Shown here piece by piece: positions 7,868-17,352 of a stretch of 32,000 nucleotides of DNA. Positions within the stretch are counted from its first letter, which is position 1. Each line of letters opens with the position of its first letter. Source of the stretch: Demequinaceae bacterium (GTDB taxonomy: Bacteria > Actinomycetota > Actinomycetes > Actinomycetales > Demequinaceae); assembly GCA_965250005.1 (NCBI GenBank), contig OZ252279.1, forward strand, positions 210,001 through 242,000, given 5' to 3'. The position numbers and the translations under genes are program-made. The notes beneath the pieces are model-generated. The model had not been told where the DNA came from and made no database searches. It was given only the letters and a program-made list of their open reading frames with translations.

Positions 7868-10510
7868 ATGGCTAGTCGCAAACCCGCGCCCAAACGCAAA
7901 CCGCAGTCGCGGACCACTCAGACTCGCTCGCGCAAGCCTGTCGCCAAGACCAAGCGCATGCCCGCTATCCGGCGCGGCAAGAAGCGCGCACCCTGGCCGT
8001 TGCGCCTGATCCGCAACGCGGGCATCGGCTTGGCGAACGTCGTGGGTGGTGGCGCGCGCGCAGTCGGCGATGGCGCCCGCCGCGTCGACCCGTCTGTGTG
8101 GCAGTCCTTTGCGGCGCTATTGTGGCTCTTCCTCGCGATCGTGATCGCCGCGCGCGAGTGGTTCGCTTGGGACAGCCCCGTGGGCACCGCGATTCACTGG
8201 CTCGCAGCTGGCACGTTCGGGCTGCTCGCGTACGCGATTCCGGTGCTGTTGCTGCTGCTGGTTATCCGCATGATGCGCCACCCCGACGAAGGCGATGAAA
8301 CCACTGGAATGGCGCTAGGCGTATTCCTTGTGGGCCTGGGCGTCGCGGGCATCGTCCACATCGGCATGGGGCGCCCGTCACCGGAGCAGTCGCTCGAGGG
8401 TGTCCAGGAAGCCGGGGGAGTGCTCGGTTACATCATGGGCAGCTCCTCCGCGTGGTTGCTGTCCGGGCCGTTCGCCGTTGTCCTGCTCGTATTCATCGCG
8501 ACCGGAGGCGTGCTGATCGCCACGCGCACCGCGATACGCGAGATCCCCGCGCGGCTGCGTTCGCTTCTTGGGCGCGACGCGCGGGCACTGACAGAGGACC
8601 TCGACCTGCCCGAGCACCGCACCCTGGAGCGCAAGAGCCTGCGCGGGCGAGGGCGCCGGTCAAAGGAGGACAAGCCCGGCCGCAGCCGACGCTCCGGTCC
8701 CCTCCACACTGAAGACGCGCTTGACTCGTACGAGGCTGACGAGGCGTTCGCCGCCGCCGCCGAGCGCAGCGAGTTCGACGAAATTGTCGATCCCGGCGGC
8801 GAAGGCGTCACCGTCGAGCCCGCGGATGGTCTGCCGGTCTCGCCGTACGCTGCGGGAGGCTCCGCGGCAGGCGCAGCGGACCTCGGCGCCACTACCGTCC
8901 TCGACAAGGACGGCAATCCCGTCCACTCTGCGCCCAAGCGCACCAGCATCGTCCCCAAGGGGGAGCAAGGTCAGTTGGAAAACTCTGCGCCTTACGTTCT
9001 TCCCGATCTCGCGGCGCTGGCCAAGGGCGCGCCACACCGCAAGAAGTCGCAGGCAAACGACCGCGTGGTGGACGCGCTCCAAGGAGTGTTCGAGGAGTTT
9101 GGAGTGCACGCCGAAGTCACGGGCTTCATGCGCGGCCCCACGGTCACGCGCTACGAGATTGAGCTGGAGCGCGGCGTCAAGGTTGAGAAGATCCTGCAAC
9201 TGACCAACAACATTGCTTATGCGGTCGCGAGCCCAGACATTCGCATTCTGTCGCCCATCCCCGGGAAGAGCGCCATCGGGATCGAGATACCGAACCTGGA
9301 CCGCGAGACCGTGTCGCTTGGCGATGTGCTGCGCTCGGGTGCCGCGAAAAAGATGGATCACCCCATGGCCATCGGCATCGGCAAGGATGTCGAGGGCGGC
9401 TACGTCATGGCCAACCTCGCCAAGATGCCCCACCTGCTGGTGGCAGGCGCGACGGGCGCAGGAAAATCGTCCTTCGTGAACTCCATGATCACGTCCATCC
9501 TGATGCGGTCCACGCCTCAAGAAGTGCGCATGGTGCTCGTTGACCCCAAGCGGGTCGAACTGAGCATCTATGAGGGCATCCCGCACCTCATCACGCCCAT
9601 CATTACAGACCCCAAGAAGGCAGCCCAGGCGCTCGAGTGGGTCGTCAAAGAGATGGACATGCGCTACGACGACCTCGCGCTGTTCGGGTTCAAGCACATC
9701 GACGACTTCAACAAGGCTGTCCGCCAGGGCAAGGTCAAACCGCTGCCTGGCTCCGAGCGCAAGATCACCACGTACCCGTACCTGCTGGTGATAGTGGACG
9801 AGCTCGCCGATCTCATGATCGTCGCCCCCCGTGACGTGGACGAATCAGTCCAGCGCATCACGCAGCTTGCGCGCGCCGCCGGAATCCACCTGGTGCTGGC
9901 CACTCAGCGGCCCTCCGTTGACATCATCACGGGAACCATTAAGGCCAACGTGCCGTCGCGACTCGCGTTCGCCACGGCGTCGCTCGCCGATTCGCGCGTG
10001 GTGCTCGACCAGCCGGGTGCGGAGAAACTCGTGGGTCAGGGAGACGCCCTGTTCCTGCCGATGGGAGAGTCCAAGGCGGTCCGCATCCAGGGATCGTGGG
10101 TATCGGAGAGCGAAATACACGCCGCCGTCGCTCACGTCAAGGACCAGGCGAACCCCACGTATCGCGACGACGTGCTCACCGCACCGAAGGGCGCGGCAGT
10201 CGCGGAGGACATTGGGGGCGATCTCGACGACCTGTGCGCCGCCGCGGAACTGGTCATCACCACCCAGTTGGGCTCGACGTCGATGCTGCAGCGCAAGCTC
10301 AGGATGGGCTTTGCCAAAGCGGGGCGCCTCATGGATCTGCTCGAAAGTCGGGAGATTGTTGGCCCATCTCATGGCTCCAAGGCGCGTGAGGTTCTTGTCA
10401 CACCCGAGCAGCTAGCGTCTACTCTCGCTATCCTGAAGGGGGTCGCTCCTGCTGCTGCAGCAGGTGAGGCATCTTCGGAGGGCGAAGGAGGAGCGTGGAC
10501 CAACTCGTAG
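7868..10510 (+). CDS. ftsK: DNA translocase FtsK
   Basis: 880 aa with a basic N-terminal tail, TM segments and a Pro/Ala/Gly-rich linker. The motor domain has Walker A GATGAGKS and Walker B LLVIVDELADLM. The C-terminal gamma domain reads STSMLQRKLRMGFAKAGRLMDLLE. Confidence 0.92.
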   Translation: MASRKPAPKRKPQSRTTQTRSRKPVAKTKRMPAIRRGKKRAPWPLRLIRNAGIGLANVVGGGARAVGDGARRVDPSVWQSFAALLWLFLAIVIAAREWFAWDSPVGTAIHWLAAGTFGLLAYAIPVLLLLLVIRMMRHPDEGDETTGMALGVFLVGLGVAGIVHIGMGRPSPEQSLEGVQEAGGVLGYIMGSSSAWLLSGPFAVVLLVFIATGGVLIATRTAIREIPARLRSLLGRDARALTEDLDLPEHRTLERKSLRGRGRRSKEDKPGRSRRSGPLHTEDALDSYEADEAFAAAAERSEFDEIVDPGGEGVTVEPADGLPVSPYAAGGSAAGAADLGATTVLDKDGNPVHSAPKRTSIVPKGEQGQLENSAPYVLPDLAALAKGAPHRKKSQANDRVVDALQGVFEEFGVHAEVTGFMRGPTVTRYEIELERGVKVEKILQLTNNIAYAVASPDIRILSPIPGKSAIGIEIPNLDRETVSLGDVLRSGAAKKMDHPMAIGIGKDVEGGYVMANLAKMPHLLVAGATGAGKSSFVNSMITSILMRSTPQEVRMVLVDPKRVELSIYEGIPHLITPIITDPKKAAQALEWVVKEMDMRYDDLALFGFKHIDDFNKAVRQGKVKPLPGSERKITTYPYLLVIVDELADLMIVAPRDVDESVQRITQLARAAGIHLVLATQRPSVDIITGTIKANVPSRLAFATASLADSRVVLDQPGAEKLVGQGDALFLPMGESKAVRIQGSWVSESEIHAAVAHVKDQANPTYRDDVLTAPKGAAVAEDIGGDLDDLCAAAELVITTQLGSTSMLQRKLRMGFAKAGRLMDLLESREIVGPSHGSKAREVLVTPEQLASTLAILKGVAPAAAAGEASSEGEGGAWTNS

Positions 10511-12753
10511 AGTTTGTGCAACAGCCAGCATTTGCCCTGGCAGCTTCCGCTCTGCTCCTGGTCGTCTCCGCCCTCGGTCTGGTTTCGTTCTGGCGATCCA
10601 GCCAGGCCCGCGCGGCGCGCGACATGGCTCTCTCTGCCCAGCGGGAGCTCCGAAAGCAATTCGAGGCCGTCATGACCTCGGCCCGCGACGGGGTAGTCAT
10701 TACAGCTGCCACGGGCGAAATCATCATGATGTCCGATGCCGCCGCACTCATCCTCGACGTGGACAAAGACGAGGTCACTGGGCGCGCCGTCGCCCGACTC
10801 CCAGTCCGCGCTATCGACGAATCGATGCACTCGGTCAACTTGCAGGCAGTATTCTCGGCGCACAACAGCACCGCCGACGAACCGTGGATCGTGGGCGTTC
10901 CCGGCCGCCGCGGTGCCGACGACGTCCGCTGGGTCCAGGTCCAGACGCGTGTCGTCAAAAACGCGTACGCGGGTGGGCCCGTGACTGTCGCGAACATCGT
11001 CGATACCACGGGCATGAGTGCTGCGACAGACGCCGTCGACCGCTCTGACCAGCAGTTCCGCAAGGCAATGGAAAATGCGCCCGTCGGCATGGCGCTCGTG
11101 GATCTCGAGTGGCGCGTCATGGAAGTGAACCGGGCCTTCGCAGAGATGGTCGGTTCCACGCTCGCAGCGCTGCGCGGCACGCCGTTCTCCGCACTCTCGC
11201 ATCCGCAGGATGTGGGCGCCGAACGAGACCAACTGCAGCGCCTCTACGACGGCCACCAGGCGCACTTTTCTCTCGAGAAGCGATTCGTGAAGGCGGACGG
11301 CAACGTCGTGTGGGCAGTTCTGGATGTGGGCCTGGTGCGTTACGCCGGAGGAGCCCCCGATCACTATGTTGCGCAGTTGCGTGACTCGACAGACGACCGC
11401 ATGCACTCCGAGCTCATGGCGCACCGGGCGATGCACGACCCACTTACCGGGCTCGCGAACCGAAACCTGATGCAAGAGGTCCTTCAGCAGGTTCTCGACC
11501 AGCCCGACGCCGAGGCCCGCGTGGGAGTGATCGCCTGCGACCTAGACGGCTTCAAGGGCCTCAACGACCGCTTTGGCCACGCCGTGGGCGATACCGCCCT
11601 GATCCACGTCGCGACCGTGCTGCGCGCTGCCGCGGGCGGCAAGGGAACGGTGGCGCGTGTGGGCGGCGACGAATTCGTCATCGTCGTGCAGGACCCCGAT
11701 GGGGCGAAGGCAGTCTTCGACATTGCCGCCGCGATCCACGAGGGTCTGCGCAAGCCTCTTCAGGTCAAGCGACATCAGGTCAACCTGCACGCCTCGGTCG
11801 GCATCGCTATAGCCGAAGGCGATGTGCTTGATGATGGGGCAAACAGCCTCCTCGCCGCGGCCGACGTGGCGATGTACCGCGCGAAAGCCAGCGGAAAGAG
11901 CCGCACTGAAATCTACTTGCCATCCATGAGAACCGAGGGCGACACCAGTTCTACGCTTGCCCGCGAGCTGCGCACGGCGATCGAGAACGGCGACCTGGTC
12001 CTGCATTATCAACCCATCCTCGAGTTGTCGGACCGAACCGTCGTGGGTTACGAGGCGCTGGTCCGCTGGCAACACCCCACGCGCGGCCTGCTGCTGCCAG
12101 GGGTCTTCCTGCCGCTCCTCGACGACCGCAAGCTTTCCGTTGCGCTCGGAGCGCTCCTCGTGGAGCAGGTAGCAGCTTTCCTGGGTGCCAGCCCCAACGC
12201 CCAGACATGGGTGTCGCTTAACGTGAGCGCCGACCAGCTTGGGGACAGCCAGTTTGCGGACAGTGTCCTCACCGCCATCGCGCGCCATCATCTGTCGCCG
12301 CAACGCATTGTGGTGGAGTTAACCGAGGCCTCGCTCGTGTCGCCCAATACGCGTATCCGGCATGAGCTCACCGAACTGCGCAACGCTGGCGTACCGATCC
12401 TGCTCGACGATTTTGGCACCGGGATCTCCCCGCTGTCGTACCTGCGCGACTTGCCCGTCTCTGGGGTGAAGCTAGATATGTCCTTCACCGCGGGGATTCC
12501 AGAGGACCCAGCTGGCGCTCGCGTTTCGCGCGCACTGGGAGCCCTTGCGCGGGAGCTTGGCCTCGCGACCATCGCCGAAGGCATCGAGACGGAGGCGCAA
12601 GCGGAGTTCCTGCACTCGTGCGGTTGGCGCTATGGCCAGGGCTGGCTGTTTGGCGTGGCGCAGCCCGCGGCAGCGGCGCTCGACGCGACCATCGAGTATT
12701 CCGAGAGCCTGATTGATCCTCGACCGAACGAAGGCGAGGTCCTCGCGTCTTAG
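10495..12753 (+). CDS. membrane-anchored PAS-PAS-GGDEF-EAL protein (c-di-GMP synthase/phosphodiesterase)
   Basis: 752 aa. GTG 10495 is preceded by AAGGAGGAG (10485-10493) and overlaps the ftsK end by 16 nt. It has an N-terminal TM helix and two PAS-like regions. The GGDEF motif is intact (RVGGDEFVIVV). EAL-domain motifs YEALVRW, DDFGTG, EGIET and QGWLF are present. Confidence 0.85.
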   Translation: MDQLVEFVQQPAFALAASALLLVVSALGLVSFWRSSQARAARDMALSAQRELRKQFEAVMTSARDGVVITAATGEIIMMSDAAALILDVDKDEVTGRAVARLPVRAIDESMHSVNLQAVFSAHNSTADEPWIVGVPGRRGADDVRWVQVQTRVVKNAYAGGPVTVANIVDTTGMSAATDAVDRSDQQFRKAMENAPVGMALVDLEWRVMEVNRAFAEMVGSTLAALRGTPFSALSHPQDVGAERDQLQRLYDGHQAHFSLEKRFVKADGNVVWAVLDVGLVRYAGGAPDHYVAQLRDSTDDRMHSELMAHRAMHDPLTGLANRNLMQEVLQQVLDQPDAEARVGVIACDLDGFKGLNDRFGHAVGDTALIHVATVLRAAAGGKGTVARVGGDEFVIVVQDPDGAKAVFDIAAAIHEGLRKPLQVKRHQVNLHASVGIAIAEGDVLDDGANSLLAAADVAMYRAKASGKSRTEIYLPSMRTEGDTSSTLARELRTAIENGDLVLHYQPILELSDRTVVGYEALVRWQHPTRGLLLPGVFLPLLDDRKLSVALGALLVEQVAAFLGASPNAQTWVSLNVSADQLGDSQFADSVLTAIARHHLSPQRIVVELTEASLVSPNTRIRHELTELRNAGVPILLDDFGTGISPLSYLRDLPVSGVKLDMSFTAGIPEDPAGARVSRALGALARELGLATIAEGIETEAQAEFLHSCGWRYGQGWLFGVAQPAAAALDATIEYSESLIDPRPNEGEVLAS

Positions 12754-12769
12754 GTTATGCTCGGCGCGT

Positions 12770-14107
12770 CTAGTCGCCCGCTGCCCAGGGTTTGCGTTGT
12801 TCGTAATACGTGCTGTCCGCGAACGACTCCACGGGCGTAGTGCGCTCCTTGGCGTCGGGGCCGACTACTGACTTGACGCGCTCGTAGCGCGCCTTGGCCT
12901 CGCTTGCTGACATGCCCTTGGTTCCGCCAAGAATGTCATTGAGGGCGTAGATCTTGTGGCCGTCTGACCGGTCTACCGTGACCGCGGTCCACTCCGTTGA
13001 CGTATGAACGGTGCCGTCCAGCTCCACCGTGAAAGTGGTCGTGATCATCAGCCCCGACGTTGAGTGAATAGAGCAGCAGGATGGGTTCTGGTTTGAGACG
13101 AAGTTCCCAAGGCCGTGCGCCACCCACATACCTTCGCCATGGGGGCCGCCCGGTAGAAGTTGTATGGACTGAGGAACGTGCGCATGATGCCCCACCAGTA
13201 AGTCGACTGCGCCGGACGCCGCGATACTCTCTGCGATCCGTTGTTGCTCGCCGGTGGGCGACGTCACGTACTCGACGCAGCAGTGGATCGAGGCGATGAC
13301 GACGTCCGCGCCAGCAGCCCGAGCGGCGTTGGCCTGCTTGATCAGCCCATCCATGGCCTGGTTGGAGCGACTGAACACGTTTACCGACCAGGACTTGCCC
13401 GATGGGCGAGGTAGGCCGTTGGTGCTAAACGTCCAGGAGATGCTCGCGACCTTGATGGTGCGGCGGTCGTCGCGAATGTTGTAAATCTGCGCGTTGTTGG
13501 CTTCAGCGAGGGTCCGCGCAGTTCCGTGGTGGCCCATGCGGTATTTGTCCATGGCGTTCAGCGTGGCGGTGAGACCGTCGAAACCTTTGTCGACGCTGTG
13601 ATTGGACGCTGTGGTGCAGCCATTCCAACCGGAAACGCCGAGGTCGCGCACTAGCGCCTCGGGCGCCGCAAAGCGGGGGAACCCGGCTGTAGTGACGCCG
13701 TCGGGATGTACGGGCACTTCCATGTGGCAGATGGCGAGGTCGGCTCCAGCGATGTACGGGGTAACGCCCGCAAACATTGGGCCAAAGTTGAATCCGCCGG
13801 ACGTGCGCGCCGAATTTACGACACCGGAGTGAGGGAGCACGTCGCCTGCGGCGACAAATGTGAACGTGATGGGTCCGGGAGGCTCGAGAACCGTCTCCGG
13901 CGGTGGTGGCGGAGGCGTGTTGCGCGGCTCGGGCGACGAGTAGTTCGCGTATCGCGCCGCGGGCTGGTTTGCCTCGAGTCCGTAAGGCACGGCCACGCCA
14001 ATACCGAAGGCAAACGCGGCGATGACGGTCGACACCACGATGCGCACGGGCGTGCTCCACGACCGGGCGTGAAGGCGCGCGGGGGCCACTTTAGAATGCT
14101 GGTGCAT
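12770..14107 (-). CDS. CapA-family (PGA_cap) metallophosphoesterase, membrane anchored
   Basis: 445 aa with an N-terminal TM anchor and a Pro-rich linker (PPPPPPE). CapA-type motifs are AAGDVLPH, ADLAICHMEVP, ASNHSVDKG, SIHCCVEY and VGHHAHVPQ. Confidence 0.78.
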   Translation of the reverse strand: MHQHSKVAPARLHARSWSTPVRIVVSTVIAAFAFGIGVAVPYGLEANQPAARYANYSSPEPRNTPPPPPPETVLEPPGPITFTFVAAGDVLPHSGVVNSARTSGGFNFGPMFAGVTPYIAGADLAICHMEVPVHPDGVTTAGFPRFAAPEALVRDLGVSGWNGCTTASNHSVDKGFDGLTATLNAMDKYRMGHHGTARTLAEANNAQIYNIRDDRRTIKVASISWTFSTNGLPRPSGKSWSVNVFSRSNQAMDGLIKQANAARAAGADVVIASIHCCVEYVTSPTGEQQRIAESIAASGAVDLLVGHHAHVPQSIQLLPGGPHGEGMWVAHGLGNFVSNQNPSCCSIHSTSGLMITTTFTVELDGTVHTSTEWTAVTVDRSDGHKIYALNDILGGTKGMSASEAKARYERVKSVVGPDAKERTTPVESFADSTYYEQRKPWAAGD

Positions 14108-14151
14108 GTGCGCATTCTACTCTTTCGGTGCGCCTGATCTCGCGGCGCAAC

Positions 14152-14157
14152 TAGGGT
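14152..14157 (+). promoter_or_regulatory. -10-like hexamer TAGGGT placed for a leaderless pgsA transcript
   Basis: TAGGGT fits the actinobacterial TANNNT pattern and ends 6 nt before GTG 14164. No SD is visible. This spacing is typical of leaderless mRNAs in Actinomycetota. Confidence 0.3.
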
Positions 14158-14163
14158 AAGTGC

Positions 14164-14736
14164 GTGACTTCCCTATTGCCGAACATCCTGACCGCCTCGA
14201 GGCTCTTTGCCGTGCCGGCTCTCGTGTGGCTACTGCTGACGGACAGCGGCTCAGATGGCGACCGGAGGTGGTGGGCGTTGTGGCTGTTCTTGGTGGCCGC
14301 GGCCACGGACTTCCTTGACGGCTACCTGGCGCGCCGCTGGAAGGTCGTCTCTGCATTTGGCAAGCTCGCGGACCCTATTGCCGACAAGGTACTAATCCTC
14401 GCCGCGCTCGCGACCCTGAACTTTGTCGATGGGATTCCGTGGTGGCCGGTGGCGATTCTGGCCGCGCGTGAAGTCGCCGTGACTGTCGGACGGCTGATGG
14501 TTGCAAACTACGCGATCATACCCGCGAATCGCGGGGGCAAGCTTAAGACCATGCTCCAGATCGCTACTGTCACGTTCTACATCTTTCCTGGCGGGCCCGC
14601 ATGGCTGGACGCCACAGCGTGGTGGGCACTGGTTGCGGCCGTAGGCGTCGCGATTTACTCGGGCGTGGTTTACGGCAGGGCGATTTCTGACGCGCGCAAC
14701 AATCAAGGCATGCGGGTTGAGGATGTCGCGCGCTAG
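14164..14736 (+). CDS. pgsA: CDP-diacylglycerol--glycerol-3-phosphate 3-phosphatidyltransferase
   Basis: 190 aa, polytopic, with the CDP-alcohol phosphatidyltransferase motif DGYLARRWKVVSAFGKLADPIADK. Confidence 0.85.
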   Translation: MTSLLPNILTASRLFAVPALVWLLLTDSGSDGDRRWWALWLFLVAAATDFLDGYLARRWKVVSAFGKLADPIADKVLILAALATLNFVDGIPWWPVAILAAREVAVTVGRLMVANYAIIPANRGGKLKTMLQIATVTFYIFPGGPAWLDATAWWALVAAVGVAIYSGVVYGRAISDARNNQGMRVEDVAR

Positions 14737-15223
14737 AGCGAAGCGCGTACTTGACTGCGCGCGCGACGCCGGCGTCTCCGTCGCCGCCGCGGAGTCCGTC
14801 ACGGGCGGATTGGTGGCTGCTGCCCTCACGGCCGTCCCGGGAGCTTCTGACTCGTTTGTGGGCAGCATTACCGCGTACGACGCCGCGGCCAAGATGCAGC
14901 TCCTCGGAGTCGACGCGACCGTCATTGCGTCCGCGGGGGTTGTGAGCGAGGCGGTCGCGGTAGCGATGGCCGAAGGCGCAGTGCGTGCTATCGGCGCAGA
15001 CGTTGCTGTGGCAACCACTGGCGTTGCGGGGCCCGCAGCTCACAGTGGCGTGGACGTTGGACGGGTGGTGGTCGCCGCCGTCGGAGCAGGGAGATCCGTC
15101 GTTCGGGTGCTCGACTTGCGGGGAAACCGATCCGAAGTGAGGTCCCAGGCGGTTGATGCGGCGCTCGACACGCTATGTGAAGTATTAGACAGTTCGGCGC
15201 GACCGGGAACACCGTTGGGGTAG
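14717..15223 (+). CDS. cinA: CinA C-terminal domain protein (PncC-type nicotinamide-nucleotide amidohydrolase)
   Basis: 168 aa with the signature [31 protein letters not shown]. The start is TTG 14717 or ATG 14723, overlapping the pgsA 3' end. The pgsA-cinA-recA linkage is classical. Confidence 0.8.
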   Translation: MRMSRARAKRVLDCARDAGVSVAAAESVTGGLVAAALTAVPGASDSFVGSITAYDAAAKMQLLGVDATVIASAGVVSEAVAVAMAEGAVRAIGADVAVATTGVAGPAAHSGVDVGRVVVAAVGAGRSVVRVLDLRGNRSEVRSQAVDAALDTLCEVLDSSARPGTPLG

Positions 15224-15276
15224 TCTGCGTTGAGAAGTACATGGAACAAACGCGAATGAAGTCGAAGGGAGTACGC

Positions 15277-15618
15277 ATGCCGGTCCTACGCAATGAAATT
15301 GGCGACGTGCTTCGAGACACGCGCCTGACGCAGGGCAAGACCCTACGCAACGTTTCGTCCGGCGCCCGGGTTTCGCTCGGATACCTCTCTGAGGTTGAGC
15401 GCGGCCAGAAAGAGGCATCCTCAGAACTTCTCGCATCGATCTGTGATGCGCTTGACATGCCCATGTCATCCGTGCTGCGCGACGTGTCCGAGCGGTTCGA
15501 ACTTGCGGAGGCCGTCAGTGCCGCCGAAGTCCCGAGCATCCCGGACACGGTGCCCGAACTACTTGCGCAGCCACGCCGCCACGGCGGTCCTACGGGACTG
15601 GTTGGCACGCGCTCCTAG
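15277..15618 (+). CDS. clgR: XRE-family HTH transcriptional regulator, ClgR-like
   Basis: ATG 15277 lies 5 nt after AAGGGAG (15265-15271). The core [38 protein letters not shown] closely resembles mycobacterial/corynebacterial ClgR as I recall it, and the position upstream of recA matches. The track ORF start 15241 lacks an SD. Confidence 0.7.
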   Translation: MPVLRNEIGDVLRDTRLTQGKTLRNVSSGARVSLGYLSEVERGQKEASSELLASICDALDMPMSSVLRDVSERFELAEAVSAAEVPSIPDTVPELLAQPRRHGGPTGLVGTRS

Positions 15619-15701
15619 CCAGGCGTCACGGCAGCAACGGCATGATGCCTCCCACGTACGGCGACACCGCTGGCTTGTTGTCTTCGGCTGGGCGCGGCTA
15701 G

Positions 15702-15935
15702 ATGCGACTTCGCGAGTTCTGGGCGCTCATGGACGCCGTCTTCGGCGAGGAGTATGCGCGCACGCTTGCGCGCGAGATGGTGGTCACGGATCTCGATAGC
15801 AGGACTGTCGAGCAAGCGCTCCATGCTGGCCTGGCGCCGAGGGATGTCTGGCACGCACTCTGCGACACCATGGATATCCCGGCGGATAGGCGCGACGGCG
15901 GAGACCGCGAACGGATGATCCCGCCGGCGCGCTAG
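15702..15935 (+). CDS. DUF3046 domain protein (conserved small protein upstream of recA)
   Basis: 77 aa. MRLREFWALMDAVFGEEYARTLAREMVVTDLDSRTVEQAL fits the DUF3046 family found next to recA in Actinomycetota (Rv2738c-like). Confidence 0.7.
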   Translation: MRLREFWALMDAVFGEEYARTLAREMVVTDLDSRTVEQALHAGLAPRDVWHALCDTMDIPADRRDGGDRERMIPPAR

Positions 15936-16004
15936 TCCGGGTCAGTCTCCCTTCCTGACGCTCACGAGCGACCCGCGACACGCCGCGCCGCAATGCCGCG
16001 CTAC

Positions 16005-16020
16005 TCGAACATATGTTCTA
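16005..16020. promoter_or_regulatory. LexA operator (SOS / Cheo box) of recA
   Basis: TCGAACATATGTTCTA has one mismatch to the Gram-positive/actinobacterial palindrome TCGAAC-N4-GTTCGA. It lies 136 nt upstream of the recA ATG and overlaps the -10-like TCTAAT/TAATGT. Confidence 0.8.
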
Positions 16021-16155
16021 ATGTTGTGCACAAGGCGCAGTTGAAAGGGACTTCTCCACAAGCGGGAATACCCACTCAGCAATGTTAGACGCAGAACGTA
16101 GCGTCGTCTCTATACCGATCACCGGCAGCAATGCCACGGAAGATGGAGTGACCAC

Positions 16156-17349
16156 ATGGCTCGCACACCAGACCGTGAGAAGGCTCTCGAAGCCGCTCTC
16201 GGGCAGATTGACAAGCAGTTCGGCAAGGGCTCGATCATGCGGCTCGGGGAGGACGAGAAGGTTGCAGGAGAAGTCATCCCTACCGGCTCCGTCGCCCTCG
16301 ACGTTGCGCTCGGCATAGGTGGACTACCGCGCGGCCGAGTAGTCGAGATCTACGGCCCTGAATCCAGCGGCAAGACCACCCTCACTCTTCACGCCGTAGC
16401 TAGCGTGCAGCAGGCCGGCGGAGTGGCGGCGTTCATTGACGCCGAACACGCCCTGGACCCTGAGTACGCACGCAAGCTCGGCGTGGACACCGACGCGCTC
16501 GTTGTGTCTCAGCCAGACACCGGCGAGCAGGCGCTCGAGATCACGGACATTCTGATTCGCTCGGGCGGAGTGGACCTGATTGTGATCGACTCGGTTGCAG
16601 CACTTGTGCCCAAGGCTGAAATCGAGGGCGAGATGGGCGACAGTCACGTGGGTCTCCAGGCGCGGCTCATGTCCCAGGCGCTCCGCAAGATCACCGGCGC
16701 ACTCGCGCATTCTGGCACCACGGTGATCTTTATCAACCAGCTACGCGAAAAAATCGGCGTGTTCTTTGGCTCGCCAGAGACCACTACGGGTGGCAAGGCG
16801 CTCAAGTTCTACGCGTCTATACGGCTCGACATCCGTCGGATTGAGACCCTCAAGGAGGGGACTGACCCGGTCGGTAACCGCACGCGCGTCAAGGTGGTCA
16901 AGAACAAGATGGCTCCGCCGTTCAAGCAGGCCGAGTTCGACATCATGTATGGCGAAGGCATATCCAAAGAGGGTGGAATCATCGACATGGGCGTGGAGCA
17001 TGGCTTCGTGCGCAAGTCGGGCGCCTGGTACACGTACGAAGGCGACCAGCTCGGTCAGGGCAAGGAGAACTCGCGCTCTTTCCTCAAGGACAACCCAGAA
17101 CTGCGTGACGAGATCGAGAAGAAAATTAAGGATGCGCTGGGGGTGGGTGTCGACATCGATGCGGTTGGTGAAGAAAGCCAAATTCCCAATATAGATCCCG
17201 AAGAGGCGATGGCAAAGTCCGACTCTGCAGCGCCGAAGGCAGCCAAAGCCGCGAAGGTAGCGGCTGTCGCAACTCCAGAAGTGGTTGCCGCGGACGTAAA
17301 GAAGGTCGTCGCCGAGGCAGAGGCCGTAGTCGAGAAGGCCTCGCGCTAA
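16156..17349 (+). CDS. recA: recombinase RecA (no intein; ~50-60 aa C-terminal extension)
   Basis: 397 aa. It has Walker [10 protein letters not shown] and a contiguous core from [22 protein letters not shown] to [10 protein letters not shown], followed by an Ala/Lys/Val/Glu-rich tail. Confidence 0.97.
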   Translation: MARTPDREKALEAALGQIDKQFGKGSIMRLGEDEKVAGEVIPTGSVALDVALGIGGLPRGRVVEIYGPESSGKTTLTLHAVASVQQAGGVAAFIDAEHALDPEYARKLGVDTDALVVSQPDTGEQALEITDILIRSGGVDLIVIDSVAALVPKAEIEGEMGDSHVGLQARLMSQALRKITGALAHSGTTVIFINQLREKIGVFFGSPETTTGGKALKFYASIRLDIRRIETLKEGTDPVGNRTRVKVVKNKMAPPFKQAEFDIMYGEGISKEGGIIDMGVEHGFVRKSGAWYTYEGDQLGQGKENSRSFLKDNPELRDEIEKKIKDALGVGVDIDAVGEESQIPNIDPEEAMAKSDSAAPKAAKAAKVAAVATPEVVAADVKKVVAEAEAVVEKASR

Positions 17350-17352
17350 CCA

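Noticed and set aside
8660-9697. 345-aa minus-strand ORF inside ftsK
   Set aside because: It is antisense to the FtsK linker/motor domain and has the same shadow-ORF composition. There is no start context and no family signal.
10369-11475. 368-aa minus-strand ORF spanning the ftsK end and the PAS region of the GGDEF-EAL gene
   Set aside because: It crosses a gene junction in antisense and has no motifs. This is a typical high-GC artefact.
12770-14107. CapA gene as evidence of a poly-gamma-glutamate capsule locus
   Set aside because: No capB/capC (pgsB/pgsC) partners are present in the window. Stand-alone CapA-family phosphoesterases are common in Actinomycetota.
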